From positions 312,494 to 376,493 of the forward strand of contig CP070742.1 in the NCBI GenBank assembly GCA_020348065.1: a stretch of DNA of 64,000 nt. Direction: 5' to 3'. Positions 8,816 through 17,481 of this stretch are shown here, one piece after another. Numbering within the stretch: position 1 is the first letter of the stretch; each line of letters begins with the position of its first letter. The stretch comes from Candidatus Zixiibacteriota bacterium (lineage in GTDB: Bacteria; Zixibacteria; MSB-5A5; UBA10806). Position numbers and translations under genes: made by a program. The notes beneath the pieces are model-generated. The model made no database searches. It was not told where the DNA came from and saw only the letters and a list, made by a program, of their open reading frames with translations.

Positions 8816-11089
8816 TTACTTAATTAATTTCCTGTCCTTTGATTTGCTTGAACGATCCCTGGTCATATCTTTCAACTTATCTCTAATCATCTGCATACGT
8901 ATTAATTCCGGCGGAGGACAATCCGCGCAGGGCATGGGATCGGCTCCGCCCTTGAAATAGGCCACGCCGTAGGTGATATCCAGGCCGTTGTAATTGCAAC
9001 TGCCGTTTACATCCCCGGAAACATACCAGATATTGCCGGGCGTGCACTCGCATTCATAAAGGGGAGCCGCACCGCCCTTGAAAAACGCTACACCGTAGGT
9101 AATATCCAGCCCGTTATAGCCGCCGCTGCCGTTCACGTCGCCTGCTACGTAATCGCATCCCGGACCCCCGCAACCGTAACCTATCTCCGCGGTCGCTTCC
9201 AGAAAATCAAATTCCCCGCCTGTTGCCACCAGAGAATCATTAAGAAATACATTGTAATAGCCGTTACCATTATCGCAGCAAATCCCGTCTCCGTACTCAT
9301 CGTAAATTATAAAATCATAACAGCCGGAATTTTCAGCGCAAATATATTCGACAAACAACATGTTGCGGCCGTTGTAAGGACCGCCGGAACCGATAACATC
9401 GGAGGTTCCGCTTTCCAGTATCTCCCATGTTGTCTCATAGGGATAATTGTCGGTCATTATCTCGATTACAATACTATCTTCAGGGCAACCGCCGCAGGGC
9501 GGATTGAAATCGGCGCAGGTCCCGTCAATTATAAATCTCACATCCGGTCCCTGGCAGCTATCCCGTTCAACGTTCTCATTGCATTCCGCCAGATCATCGT
9601 TACAGCACGCCCCCGTTATTGCCGGACAACCGTTGCCGACGTACGAAAAAAACGCGGAATCTCCTGCAAAACTATGGTTAGACTCTATCACAATCGAATT
9701 CAGGTATAGTTCATAGTATGCAGGTATAATCAAACCGTCTCCGTACTCATCATATATTATGAATGTGTAACATTCACTGGAATCCACGCAGACCGTATCA
9801 ATATATAAAGTATTTATATTATCATAAGGTCCGCCTGAAGCTATGTTCGCTCCTGCCGTATTCCTTAGAATCCATGTCGTTTCATCGGGGTAATCGTCGG
9901 TTAGGATGTGAACCTGCAATTCATCCTCCGGGCACTCGACTCCTCCCCCGCCGCAGGGGGGATTTAATTCGGAGCAGGATGAGAAGGCCCCGAAGCGACC
10001 TGCACAGCTGTCCCGCAAAACGTTCTCTTCGCATATTCCGCTTGAATCGTCGCAACATGCGCCAAGGATCGAGCCGCAGCCGTCGCCGATTCCAGCCACG
10101 GTATCCGCGACGCCATATTGACCTCCGGAATCAACCAGAGCCCCGTTAAGATAGATTCTATAATAACCTATCCCGTAACCGCAGCAGATTCCATCTCCTT
10201 CGGAATCAAAAATATAGAAATCGTAACAACTGTCGGGAGCGGCGCAATAATAATATTGATAAAGAGTGTTGTAGGCGTCCAGTCCTCCATACGCGACACC
10301 ATAGCCGGTACCGCCCGCGAAAAGGCCCCACGTTATCTCACTCGGATAATCGTCCGGCATGATTTCAATTGTAATTACGTAATCCAAACACCCCCCGCAG
10401 GGCGGGTTAAAATCTTCACACCTCCCGTCAGCAATAAATCGCATGGACGATCCCTGACAATTCTGTTCCTCTATACGCTCATTGCAATCGGCGGTTGTAT
10501 CATCACAGCAGGCGCCCAGCACCGGACCGCAACCGCTGCCGAGATGGGATACTATCAAAGATTCAGCACAGAATGTATTGTTGTAAATCAGCAGGCTGTC
10601 ATTGAGGTAAATTTCAAAGTAACCCGGCGGGAAGATACCGTCTCCCCATGCATCAAAAATCGCAAAACTGTAACATCCCGTGGAGTCCGCGCAAATAAAA
10701 TTTTTGATTAGCGTGTCCGGCAGGTTTGAGTAAGGTCCACCCGATGCCAGTACGCCACCCGATTCGTCTCTTAATTCCCATGTGATCTCACTTGGATCAC
10801 CATCGGTCATAATATGAATTTCAAATAGATCCTCGGGGCATCCCCCGCACGGCGGGCTGAAATCTTCACAGCTTCCGTCCGCCATAAATCTCATGTTCGG
10901 TCCCTGGCAGTTCTGTTCTTCGATATTTTCGTTACATTCGCCAGTTGAATCGTCGCAACAGGCGCCCCAGATCTCAACCCGGGTTTCACCCGGATTCCGG
11001 GACATGGCAGTAAAAGAAATTAGTAATATTATAACAAGCACCGCAAGCACTGATTTTAAGCCAAAGCCTTTTAGCATTTTTATGTTCAT
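8816..11089 (-). CDS. Secreted cysteine-rich modular protein: 4 x (GACC Cys-knot-like module + TDxYPxETxW module) + two dockerin-like repeats + basic tail
   Basis: 757 aa with a signal peptide (MNIKMLKGFGLKSVLAVLVIILL). Four alternating module pairs. C-terminus has GDVNGSGGYNGLDITYGVAFFKGG and GDVNGSCNYNGLDITYGVAYFKGG. Lys/Arg-rich end. Confidence 0.8.
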   Translation of the reverse strand: MNIKMLKGFGLKSVLAVLVIILLISFTAMSRNPGETRVEIWGACCDDSTGECNENIEEQNCQGPNMRFMADGSCEDFSPPCGGCPEDLFEIHIMTDGDPSEITWELRDESGGVLASGGPYSNLPDTLIKNFICADSTGCYSFAIFDAWGDGIFPPGYFEIYLNDSLLIYNNTFCAESLIVSHLGSGCGPVLGACCDDTTADCNERIEEQNCQGSSMRFIADGRCEDFNPPCGGCLDYVITIEIMPDDYPSEITWGLFAGGTGYGVAYGGLDAYNTLYQYYYCAAPDSCYDFYIFDSEGDGICCGYGIGYYRIYLNGALVDSGGQYGVADTVAGIGDGCGSILGACCDDSSGICEENVLRDSCAGRFGAFSSCSELNPPCGGGGVECPEDELQVHILTDDYPDETTWILRNTAGANIASGGPYDNINTLYIDTVCVDSSECYTFIIYDEYGDGLIIPAYYELYLNSIVIESNHSFAGDSAFFSYVGNGCPAITGACCNDDLAECNENVERDSCQGPDVRFIIDGTCADFNPPCGGCPEDSIVIEIMTDNYPYETTWEILESGTSDVIGSGGPYNGRNMLFVEYICAENSGCYDFIIYDEYGDGICCDNGNGYYNVFLNDSLVATGGEFDFLEATAEIGYGCGGPGCDYVAGDVNGSGGYNGLDITYGVAFFKGGAAPLYECECTPGNIWYVSGDVNGSCNYNGLDITYGVAYFKGGADPMPCADCPPPELIRMQMIRDKLKDMTRDRSSKSKDRKLIK
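9403..9570. repeat. Near-identical tract shared with 11753-11920 (copy A)
   Basis: My base-by-base comparison at a constant offset of 2350 nt finds 2 mismatches (9450, 9566) in 168 nt. The flanking homologous sequence is clearly more diverged. Confidence 0.8.
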
Positions 11090-11158
11090 GGTTTTAATTT
11101 CCTATATTTAGTCCTTACGTGTAAATAGCCGGGGCTTTTAAAGCACACGCTCTTCTCC

Positions 11159-13618
11159 TTATTTTTGCTTCTTTATCTTCTTAACATGATCCCCGGTATT
11201 ATAACCATCGAGATCATTTCTTATCAGCTTTCCGGAATCCGATGATATGCTAACCGCAGGGTTCGGAGGACAATCCGGGCAGGGCATGGGATCGGGACCG
11301 CCCTTGAAATAGGCCACGCCGTAGGTAATATCGAGTCCGTTGTAATTACAACTGCCGTTTACATCTCCCGAAACGTACCAGATATTGCCGGGCGTGCACT
11401 CACATTCATACAGGGGAGCCGGTCCGCCCTTGAAAAAGGCTACACCGTAGGTAATATCCAGCCCGTTATAGCCGCTGCTGCCGTTCACGTCGCCTACCAC
11501 GTAATCGCATCCCGGACCGCCGCAACCGTAACCTATCTCCGCGGTCATTTCCAGGTAGTCGAATTCTCCGCCCGCCGCTACCAGAGAACCATTGAGAAAT
11601 ACGTTGTAATAGCCATTTCCGCAATCACAGCAGAGACCGTCCCCGGAGTAGTCGTAAATTACAAAATCATAGCAACCGGAATTTTCTACACACAAATATT
11701 CGATAAACAGAGTGTTATAATTGTTGTAAGGACCGCCGGATCCAATAACGTTGGAGGTTCCGCTTTCCAGTATCTCCCATGTTGTCTCATAGGGATAATC
11801 GTCGGTCATTATCTCGATTACAATACTATCTTCAGGGCAACCGCCGCAGGGCGGATTGAAATCGGCGCAGGTCCCGTCAATTATAAATCTCACATCCGGT
11901 CCCTGGCAGCTATCCTGTTCGATGTTTTCATTGCAATCGGCCAGATTATCATCACAGCACGCGCCGGTTATAGCTGGACAACCGTTGCCCACATAAGGGA
12001 CTGCCGCGGAATCACCCATAAAACTGTGATTCGACGCTATCAAATCGGAATTCAAATAAAGTTCATAGTATCCCGGAATTATTATGCCGTCACCCCATTC
12101 ATCATAAATCGTGAATGTATAACATCCGGTGGAATCCACGCAGACCGTATCGATATATAAATTATATGGAATTGCATAAGGTCCGCCTGAAGCCACAGTT
12201 GTTCCTGCGGTATCCCTCAAAACCCAGATGGTCTCGCCAGGGTATTCATCGGTCATAATATACACCTGCAGCTCGTCCTCGGGACAGCCGTTAATGGCGC
12301 CGCACGACGGATTCAAATCAGCGCAAGATGTAAATGCCGTAAAGCGAGTGGTACAGCTATCCTGTAAAACGTTTTCATCGCATACCCCGGTGGAATCATC
12401 GCAACATGCGCCCCGGATCTCAACCAGCGAATCGCCCACGATTCTCACCAGATAAAAATCGGACGGGTAACTGAACGAAGCCGAATATCCAAATGCGACA
12501 TATCCACCATCCGCGGTCTGTTTTATTGAAAAGCAAAAATCGTAATTATGCCCGCCATAAGTCTTCTCCCAGCTTATATTACCGCTGGAGTCGATTTTCA
12601 TTACGTAAAAATCTTTCTCCCCCATGCCGAAAGATTCCGTGCGGCCGCCCACGATATAACCGCCATCAAACGTCTGCCAGGCCTCCTGGTCCATCTCGGC
12701 ATTAACCCCTCCGTAAGTACGTATCCATTCAGGGTTTCCATTAGAATAGGTTTTTATCAGGTAATTATCGGCGCTTCCGGCGCCGTAAGAAAATGTATAG
12801 CCGGCGATTATATAACCTCCATCGGAGGTTTGCTGAACCGTGTTGCCGCCCTCGCCGTAGGCGCCTCCAAAGGTTTGCGTCCACAATATATCGCCGTTGG
12901 CATCGGTCTTTACCAGCCACACGTCGGAACTGCCGGATCCGAATGAATAGGTCGACCCGGTAAATATAAATCCGCCATCCGATGTCTGCTGCCCGCAATA
13001 GCCGTCCTCGCGGGCGGAACCGCCATAGGTTCTGGCCCATAATGTATCACCGTTAGCGTCAGTCCTCAACATCCACACATCATAATTGCCGGCGCCGAAA
13101 GAATCGGTCCTGCCGACTATCACATACCCGCTGTCGGATGTCTGGCGCACCGAAAAACTCTTTTCCCAGCTGGGACCGCCATAAATCCGTGTCCATAAAG
13201 AATCCCCCGCAGAGTCGATTTTCATCAGCCATATGGACGAGGTTTCGGTCGCTGTGGAAGACGTATGCCCGGTAACGATGTAACCTCCGTCAAATGTGGG
13301 CTGAATATCATGCGCTATTTCTTCCCGGCCCCATCCGTAAACCCTGGTCCAGAGCGTATCACCCCATGCGTCGGTTCTTACAAACCAGAAATCGGCGCTT
13401 CCCGCGCCATATGATGCCGTCATGCCTACGGCCAAAAAACCGTCATCGCTGGTTGGAGTGACCGCGTGACCCTGATCCCAGAGGGTACCGCCATAAATCC
13501 TCGTCCATAGCGTATCGCCCGGGTTCTGGGACATGGCAGTAAGAGGAATTAGTAATATCATAACAGGCGCTGCAAGTACTGCTTTAAAGCCAATGCCTTT
13601 TAGCATTTTTCCGTTCAT
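11159..13618 (-). CDS. Secreted protein: beta-propeller (SBBP-like) repeats + 2 Cys-rich module pairs + dockerin-like pair + basic tail; paralogue of 8816..11089
   Basis: 819 aa. Signal peptide homologous to that of its neighbour. About 7 repeats of GDTLWTRTYGG..QTSDGGY..G.T.S.G.G..D.WL.KTD. Then the GACC and TDxYPxETxW modules. C-terminal 350 nt is collinear with the other two genes. Confidence 0.8.
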   Translation of the reverse strand: MNGKMLKGIGFKAVLAAPVMILLIPLTAMSQNPGDTLWTRIYGGTLWDQGHAVTPTSDDGFLAVGMTASYGAGSADFWFVRTDAWGDTLWTRVYGWGREEIAHDIQPTFDGGYIVTGHTSSTATETSSIWLMKIDSAGDSLWTRIYGGPSWEKSFSVRQTSDSGYVIVGRTDSFGAGNYDVWMLRTDANGDTLWARTYGGSAREDGYCGQQTSDGGFIFTGSTYSFGSGSSDVWLVKTDANGDILWTQTFGGAYGEGGNTVQQTSDGGYIIAGYTFSYGAGSADNYLIKTYSNGNPEWIRTYGGVNAEMDQEAWQTFDGGYIVGGRTESFGMGEKDFYVMKIDSSGNISWEKTYGGHNYDFCFSIKQTADGGYVAFGYSASFSYPSDFYLVRIVGDSLVEIRGACCDDSTGVCDENVLQDSCTTRFTAFTSCADLNPSCGAINGCPEDELQVYIMTDEYPGETIWVLRDTAGTTVASGGPYAIPYNLYIDTVCVDSTGCYTFTIYDEWGDGIIIPGYYELYLNSDLIASNHSFMGDSAAVPYVGNGCPAITGACCDDNLADCNENIEQDSCQGPDVRFIIDGTCADFNPPCGGCPEDSIVIEIMTDDYPYETTWEILESGTSNVIGSGGPYNNYNTLFIEYLCVENSGCYDFVIYDYSGDGLCCDCGNGYYNVFLNGSLVAAGGEFDYLEMTAEIGYGCGGPGCDYVVGDVNGSSGYNGLDITYGVAFFKGGPAPLYECECTPGNIWYVSGDVNGSCNYNGLDITYGVAYFKGGPDPMPCPDCPPNPAVSISSDSGKLIRNDLDGYNTGDHVKKIKKQK
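11753..11920. repeat. Near-identical tract shared with 9403-9570 (copy B)
   Basis: See copy A: 166/168 identical at offset 2350. Confidence 0.8.
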
Positions 13619-13650
13619 GGTTTCAATTCCTTTATTTACCCCTCATGCGT

Positions 13651-13680
13651 AAAAAAAAACGGGGGCTTTTGGAGCCCCCG
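13651..13680 (-). terminator. Rho-independent terminator of gene 13695..16862
   Basis: Read on the minus strand: CGGGGGCT-CCAAA-AGCCCCCG followed by TTTTTTTTT. This is an 8-bp GC-rich stem (13660-13667/13673-13680) plus a 9-nt U-tract (13651-13659), 15 nt after the stop. Confidence 0.8.
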
Positions 13681-13694
13681 TTGTCAATCGCCGT

Positions 13695-16600
13695 TTATCT
13701 TTGCTTCTTTATCTTCTTCACATGATCCCCGGTATTATAACTATCGAGGTCATTTCTTATCAGCTTTCCGGAATCCGATGATATACTAACCGCGGGATTC
13801 GGAGGACAATCCGGGCAGGGGAAAGGAGCAGCCCCGCCCTTGAAATAGGCAACACCGTAGGTGATATCGAGTCCGTTGTAATTACAACTGCCGTTTACAT
13901 CCCCCGAAACATACCAGATATTGCCGGGCGTGCACTCGCATTCATACAGGGGAGCTGCCCCGCCCTTGAAAAAGGCTACGCCGTAGGTAATATCCAGCCC
14001 GTTGTAGTTGTCGCTGCCGTTCACGTCACCTACTACGTAATCGCATGCGGGACCGCCGCAGGGCGGATCGAAATCTTCACACCTTCCGAAAGCTATAAAT
14101 CTCATAGTTGGTCCCTGGCAGTTTTGTTCTTCGATATATTCGTTACAATCGCCGGTTGAATCGTCGCAGCAGGCGCCGAGAATCAGGTCCCCGCAGGGCG
14201 GATCGAAATCTTCACACCGTCCGTCCGCTATAAATCTCATGGTCGGTCCCTGGCAGTCCTGTTCTTCGATATTTTCGTTACAATCGGCGGTTGAATCGTT
14301 ACAGCAGGCGCCAAAAACCGGACAGCTTATTTCTAAAACAGTATCGGTAGCTCCAAATTGGCCGCCGGAATCAACCAGAGCGCCGTTGGAATAGATTCTG
14401 TAATATCCGATCCCGTAATCACAGCAGATTCCATCCCCCGCAGTATCAAAAATATAGAAGTCGTAGCAGCTGTCGGGATCGGCGCAGTAATAATATTGAT
14501 AAAGCGTATTGTAGGCGTTAAGCGGTCCTCCATACGCGACAACATAGCTGGTGCCGCTTCGGGTCAGAATCCATGATATCTCATTCGGATAGTCGTCCGG
14601 CATTATCTCGATAACGATTTCGTCTTCGGGACATCCTCCGCAGGGCGGATTGAAGGCGGCACAGGTGCCGTTGGGCATAAAGCGCATTGACGGTTCCTGG
14701 CAGTTCTGCTCTTCGATATTCTCATTACAATCGGCGGTCGTATCATCGCAGCACGCCCCGTAGAGAGGTCCGCAGTCGTCGCCAAGACGCGGTATTGTCA
14801 ACGAAAAGCCGTAAAACGTGTTGTTGGATTCCAGAAGAGTTCCGTTCAGATAAATCTCGAAATACCCCGGAGGGGCAAGGCCGTCACCATATGAATCAAA
14901 AATAGTAAAACTGTAACATCCTATGGAATCGGCGCAAACATAATCGGTAAACAGCGTAATCTGCTCGGGATAGGGACCGCCCTGTGCTACTATAATGTTG
15001 CTGCTATTCCGTAATTCCCACGTGGTTTCGTCAGGCCCATAGTCGGTCATAATCCTAATTTCGAACAGATCCTCGGGGCATCCTCCGCACGGCGGGTAGA
15101 AATCGTCGCAGAATCCGTACTCGATGAACCTGCGGTTGCCGCCCCCGCAGTCAAACAGGTCGACATACATATTGCATTCTGCAAGAGAATCATCGCAACA
15201 GGCGCCCAGTCCGCCGCAACGGCTGCCCACGTAGGAGACAAACGCCGAATCGCCGTCAAAGCTGTAATCGGCCCCGACCAGCTGGGAATTCAAATATATC
15301 TCGAAATATCCGGGGGGAGTGATTCCGTTCACGCCGGAGTCGTATATTACAAAATTATAACATTCTAGCGAATCCACGCATACGGTGTCGACAATTAAAG
15401 TATTGTTCTGGCCGGGATACGGCCCGCCGGATGCTATCAGGCTGTCGTCTTTGTCGGTAAGCTCCCAGGTGGTCTCTTCCGGGAAATCATCGGTCATAAT
15501 CTTCACCAGAATTTCGTCTTCGTCGCAGCCCGCACCCGTGCCGGGGCAGGGAGGATCCATATCCACACAGAGAGTATCGGGCGCGAATCTTGCGGTACAT
15601 TGCGATTGCAGAACGTTGTCTTCGCAGATACTCAGCGTATCGTCGCAACACGCTCCGCGGGGTTCGCCCTGCAGCCCGCTGTTTATCGCTACCAGCCAGA
15701 AATCGTATTTCCCGATAGCGCTAAATGCATTGGAATGGCCGATGGTCATGAAGACGGTGTCGTCGGCTATACACCCCCCCCATCCGTACTCCCTGTATTC
15801 GGTTTTGCCGTAAGTCCGCTCCCAGATAACCGTACCCTGGGAATCTGTCCTGACGACATAGAAATCATCCGCAGGAGTTGGACCCTTACCGCCGAAAAGA
15901 GCATACCCGCCGTCAATGGTCTGCGCGATCTCCGCAGCCCTTTGAGAGCTCGATATGCCGTAATTTTTCTGCCAGATAAGGCTGCCGGCAGGACTGACCT
16001 TCAATACGTAAGCTCTCATTCCACCGCCGAAAGATAATGTAAAACCGCTGATCATGAAATCGCCGTCCGAGTTTTCGATAACCGACCAGGCTTCGTCATT
16101 TAATGTGCCGCCAAAGGTGTTTTCCCACTCCACGCCGCCGGTAAAGTTTGTTTTCACCACGTAAACGTCATCGTTACCCGACGCGTTAGTTTTACCTACG
16201 AGAATATACCCCCCGTCGCTCGTTTGCGTGACACAATTGCCGTATTCATCGGTCCGGTTGCCGCCGTATTCTTCGTCCCAGGCTAAATTTCCATTGGCGT
16301 AAGTCTTCACAAGATACGCGTTATGATATCCCTGGTTGCCCTGGTTCCATCCTGTAAGTATATATCCTCCGTCGGATGTCTGCTCGACCGACCAACCGAA
16401 ATCCGAATTGCTTCCCCCGAACGTTCTGGTCCACATGGTATCGCCGTTTGCGTCGGTTTTTATGAGCCATATATCATACTCATTTGTCGCTACCGCCGCA
16501 CTACCGGTAACGATATATCCTCCGTCTATGGTCTGTTGTACATCCTTAGCATAATCTACGGTGGCGATGTCCCCGCCATAGTTATAGTATTTTGACCAGA

Positions 16601-16862
16601 CTTGGTTGCCGACAGCATCCGTCTTCACCAAAAAGAAATTATATGACCAAAAATCCGGGATTTCTACTCCCATGCCACATAATATAAACCCCCCGTCTGA
16701 AGTTTGCCTGACCGCCTCACCCCAATCAGCCCCCTCCATACCGTAATTATGCGTCCAGATAGTATCGCCGGGGATCTGCGCGAAAAGCAATGCCGGCAGT
16801 AACCACACGATAGCTATCAGGTAAGTTAAGGTGGAGCTCATACTTGTCCTGTAGTTTTCCAT
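13695..16862 (-). CDS. Secreted protein: beta-propeller (SBBP-like) repeats + 3 module pairs + 2 extra GACC modules + dockerin-like pair + basic tail; third paralogue
   Basis: 1055 aa. GGGAG lies 6 nt upstream of ATG 16862. Repeat and module architecture matches the neighbours. The last 35 aa are nearly identical to those of 11159..13618 (PNPAVSISSDSGKLIRNDLD.YNTGDHVKKIKKQ). Confidence 0.8.
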   Translation of the reverse strand: MENYRTSMSSTLTYLIAIVWLLPALLFAQIPGDTIWTHNYGMEGADWGEAVRQTSDGGFILCGMGVEIPDFWSYNFFLVKTDAVGNQVWSKYYNYGGDIATVDYAKDVQQTIDGGYIVTGSAAVATNEYDIWLIKTDANGDTMWTRTFGGSNSDFGWSVEQTSDGGYILTGWNQGNQGYHNAYLVKTYANGNLAWDEEYGGNRTDEYGNCVTQTSDGGYILVGKTNASGNDDVYVVKTNFTGGVEWENTFGGTLNDEAWSVIENSDGDFMISGFTLSFGGGMRAYVLKVSPAGSLIWQKNYGISSSQRAAEIAQTIDGGYALFGGKGPTPADDFYVVRTDSQGTVIWERTYGKTEYREYGWGGCIADDTVFMTIGHSNAFSAIGKYDFWLVAINSGLQGEPRGACCDDTLSICEDNVLQSQCTARFAPDTLCVDMDPPCPGTGAGCDEDEILVKIMTDDFPEETTWELTDKDDSLIASGGPYPGQNNTLIVDTVCVDSLECYNFVIYDSGVNGITPPGYFEIYLNSQLVGADYSFDGDSAFVSYVGSRCGGLGACCDDSLAECNMYVDLFDCGGGNRRFIEYGFCDDFYPPCGGCPEDLFEIRIMTDYGPDETTWELRNSSNIIVAQGGPYPEQITLFTDYVCADSIGCYSFTIFDSYGDGLAPPGYFEIYLNGTLLESNNTFYGFSLTIPRLGDDCGPLYGACCDDTTADCNENIEEQNCQEPSMRFMPNGTCAAFNPPCGGCPEDEIVIEIMPDDYPNEISWILTRSGTSYVVAYGGPLNAYNTLYQYYYCADPDSCYDFYIFDTAGDGICCDYGIGYYRIYSNGALVDSGGQFGATDTVLEISCPVFGACCNDSTADCNENIEEQDCQGPTMRFIADGRCEDFDPPCGDLILGACCDDSTGDCNEYIEEQNCQGPTMRFIAFGRCEDFDPPCGGPACDYVVGDVNGSDNYNGLDITYGVAFFKGGAAPLYECECTPGNIWYVSGDVNGSCNYNGLDITYGVAYFKGGAAPFPCPDCPPNPAVSISSDSGKLIRNDLDSYNTGDHVKKIKKQR
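14058..14312 (-). repeat. Intragenic tandem duplication (period 135 nt = one 45-aa GACC module)
   Basis: 14058-14176 and 14193-14312 align with few mismatches. They encode GACCNDSTADCNENIEEQDCQGPTMRFIADGRCEDFDPPCG and GACCDDSTGDCNEYIEEQNCQGPTMRFIAFGRCEDFDPPCG. Confidence 0.75.
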
Positions 16863-17099
16863 TTTTTCTCCCGCATTTCATCACAAAAATTTTTAAAAAA
16901 TTATTAGACTTAAATTCTGGTTAAAATAAACCTCCTTCTGGATTAAATTTGCGGCCAACCATTATTCAAATTTTTTTCCTCATTTAACAAACCGAATCTC
17001 ATACAGAATTCGGAATGAAGCCCATATAAATATAGTAATTACCCTCCATAAGAGCAAGCATATTTTTCATTTTTTTATATTTTTTTATATTAAGTTTTA

Positions 17100-17481
17100 T
17101 CATTTTATCATTGTTATTTCCCGGGAAATTTCGTTACCGTCAACTAACAGCCTGCAGAAATAGATGCCGGTAAAGTATTTTCCGCCATCCCATTCTAAAT
17201 AATCGAATAAAAACCGGTATCCTGATTTCCATAACATATTGTTTCCAAATAGGTTCCCGGCAAATCACATACGTTCTGTCGTACACCGCATTATCATTAT
17301 TAAGATCATTGAAATTTATGTCCTCGTTATAAACAACAAGCCGAACCGTTGCCGTATCATCGTCTGTGCAGAAATTAATACCCTGCCGTATTGTGGCATA
17401 ATTATCCGGGATACTAATAACTGAAGCGGATATTCGGAATATGGGAAATAAAGATAGCAATATCGCTAATTGTCTAAACAT
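17100..17481 (-). pseudogene. Collapsed remnant of a T9SS cargo gene (signal peptide + first about 70 codons, frameshifted onto the last about 35 codons of a CTD)
   Basis: The 113-aa ORF starts with MFRQLAILLSLFPIFRISA SVISIPDNYATIRQGIN..DDDTATV..YNEDINF, a typical beta-helix cargo N-terminus. In a different frame, ending at stop 17100-17102, I read YRFLFDYLEWDGGKYFTGIYFCRLLVDGNEISREITMIK, a typical T9SS CTD end. Confidence 0.45.

Noticed and set aside
9447-10711. Plus-strand ORFs inside the Cys-rich genes (for example 10118..10711, 197 aa; 9763..10149; 12548..12946; 15385..16037)
   Set aside because: They are antisense shadows of repetitive GC-biased coding sequence. Their translations are Arg/Ser/Pro-rich and lack domains.
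8816-16862. Possible CRISPR array or non-coding tandem repeats, suggested by highly repetitive DNA
   Set aside because: The repeats are 135-480 nt protein modules inside long intact ORFs with signal peptides. There is no short repeat/spacer periodicity.
8816-16862. Cys-rich paralogues as PEP-CTERM substrates of the exosortase at 61 kb
   Set aside because: Their C-termini lack the PEP motif and have no hydrophobic TM segment. The tail is hydrophilic and Lys-rich.
16992-17013. Hairpin ccgaat..attcgg as a terminator
   Set aside because: The stem is only 6 bp and AT-rich, with a weak U-tract, which is not distinguishable from chance in this AT-rich region.
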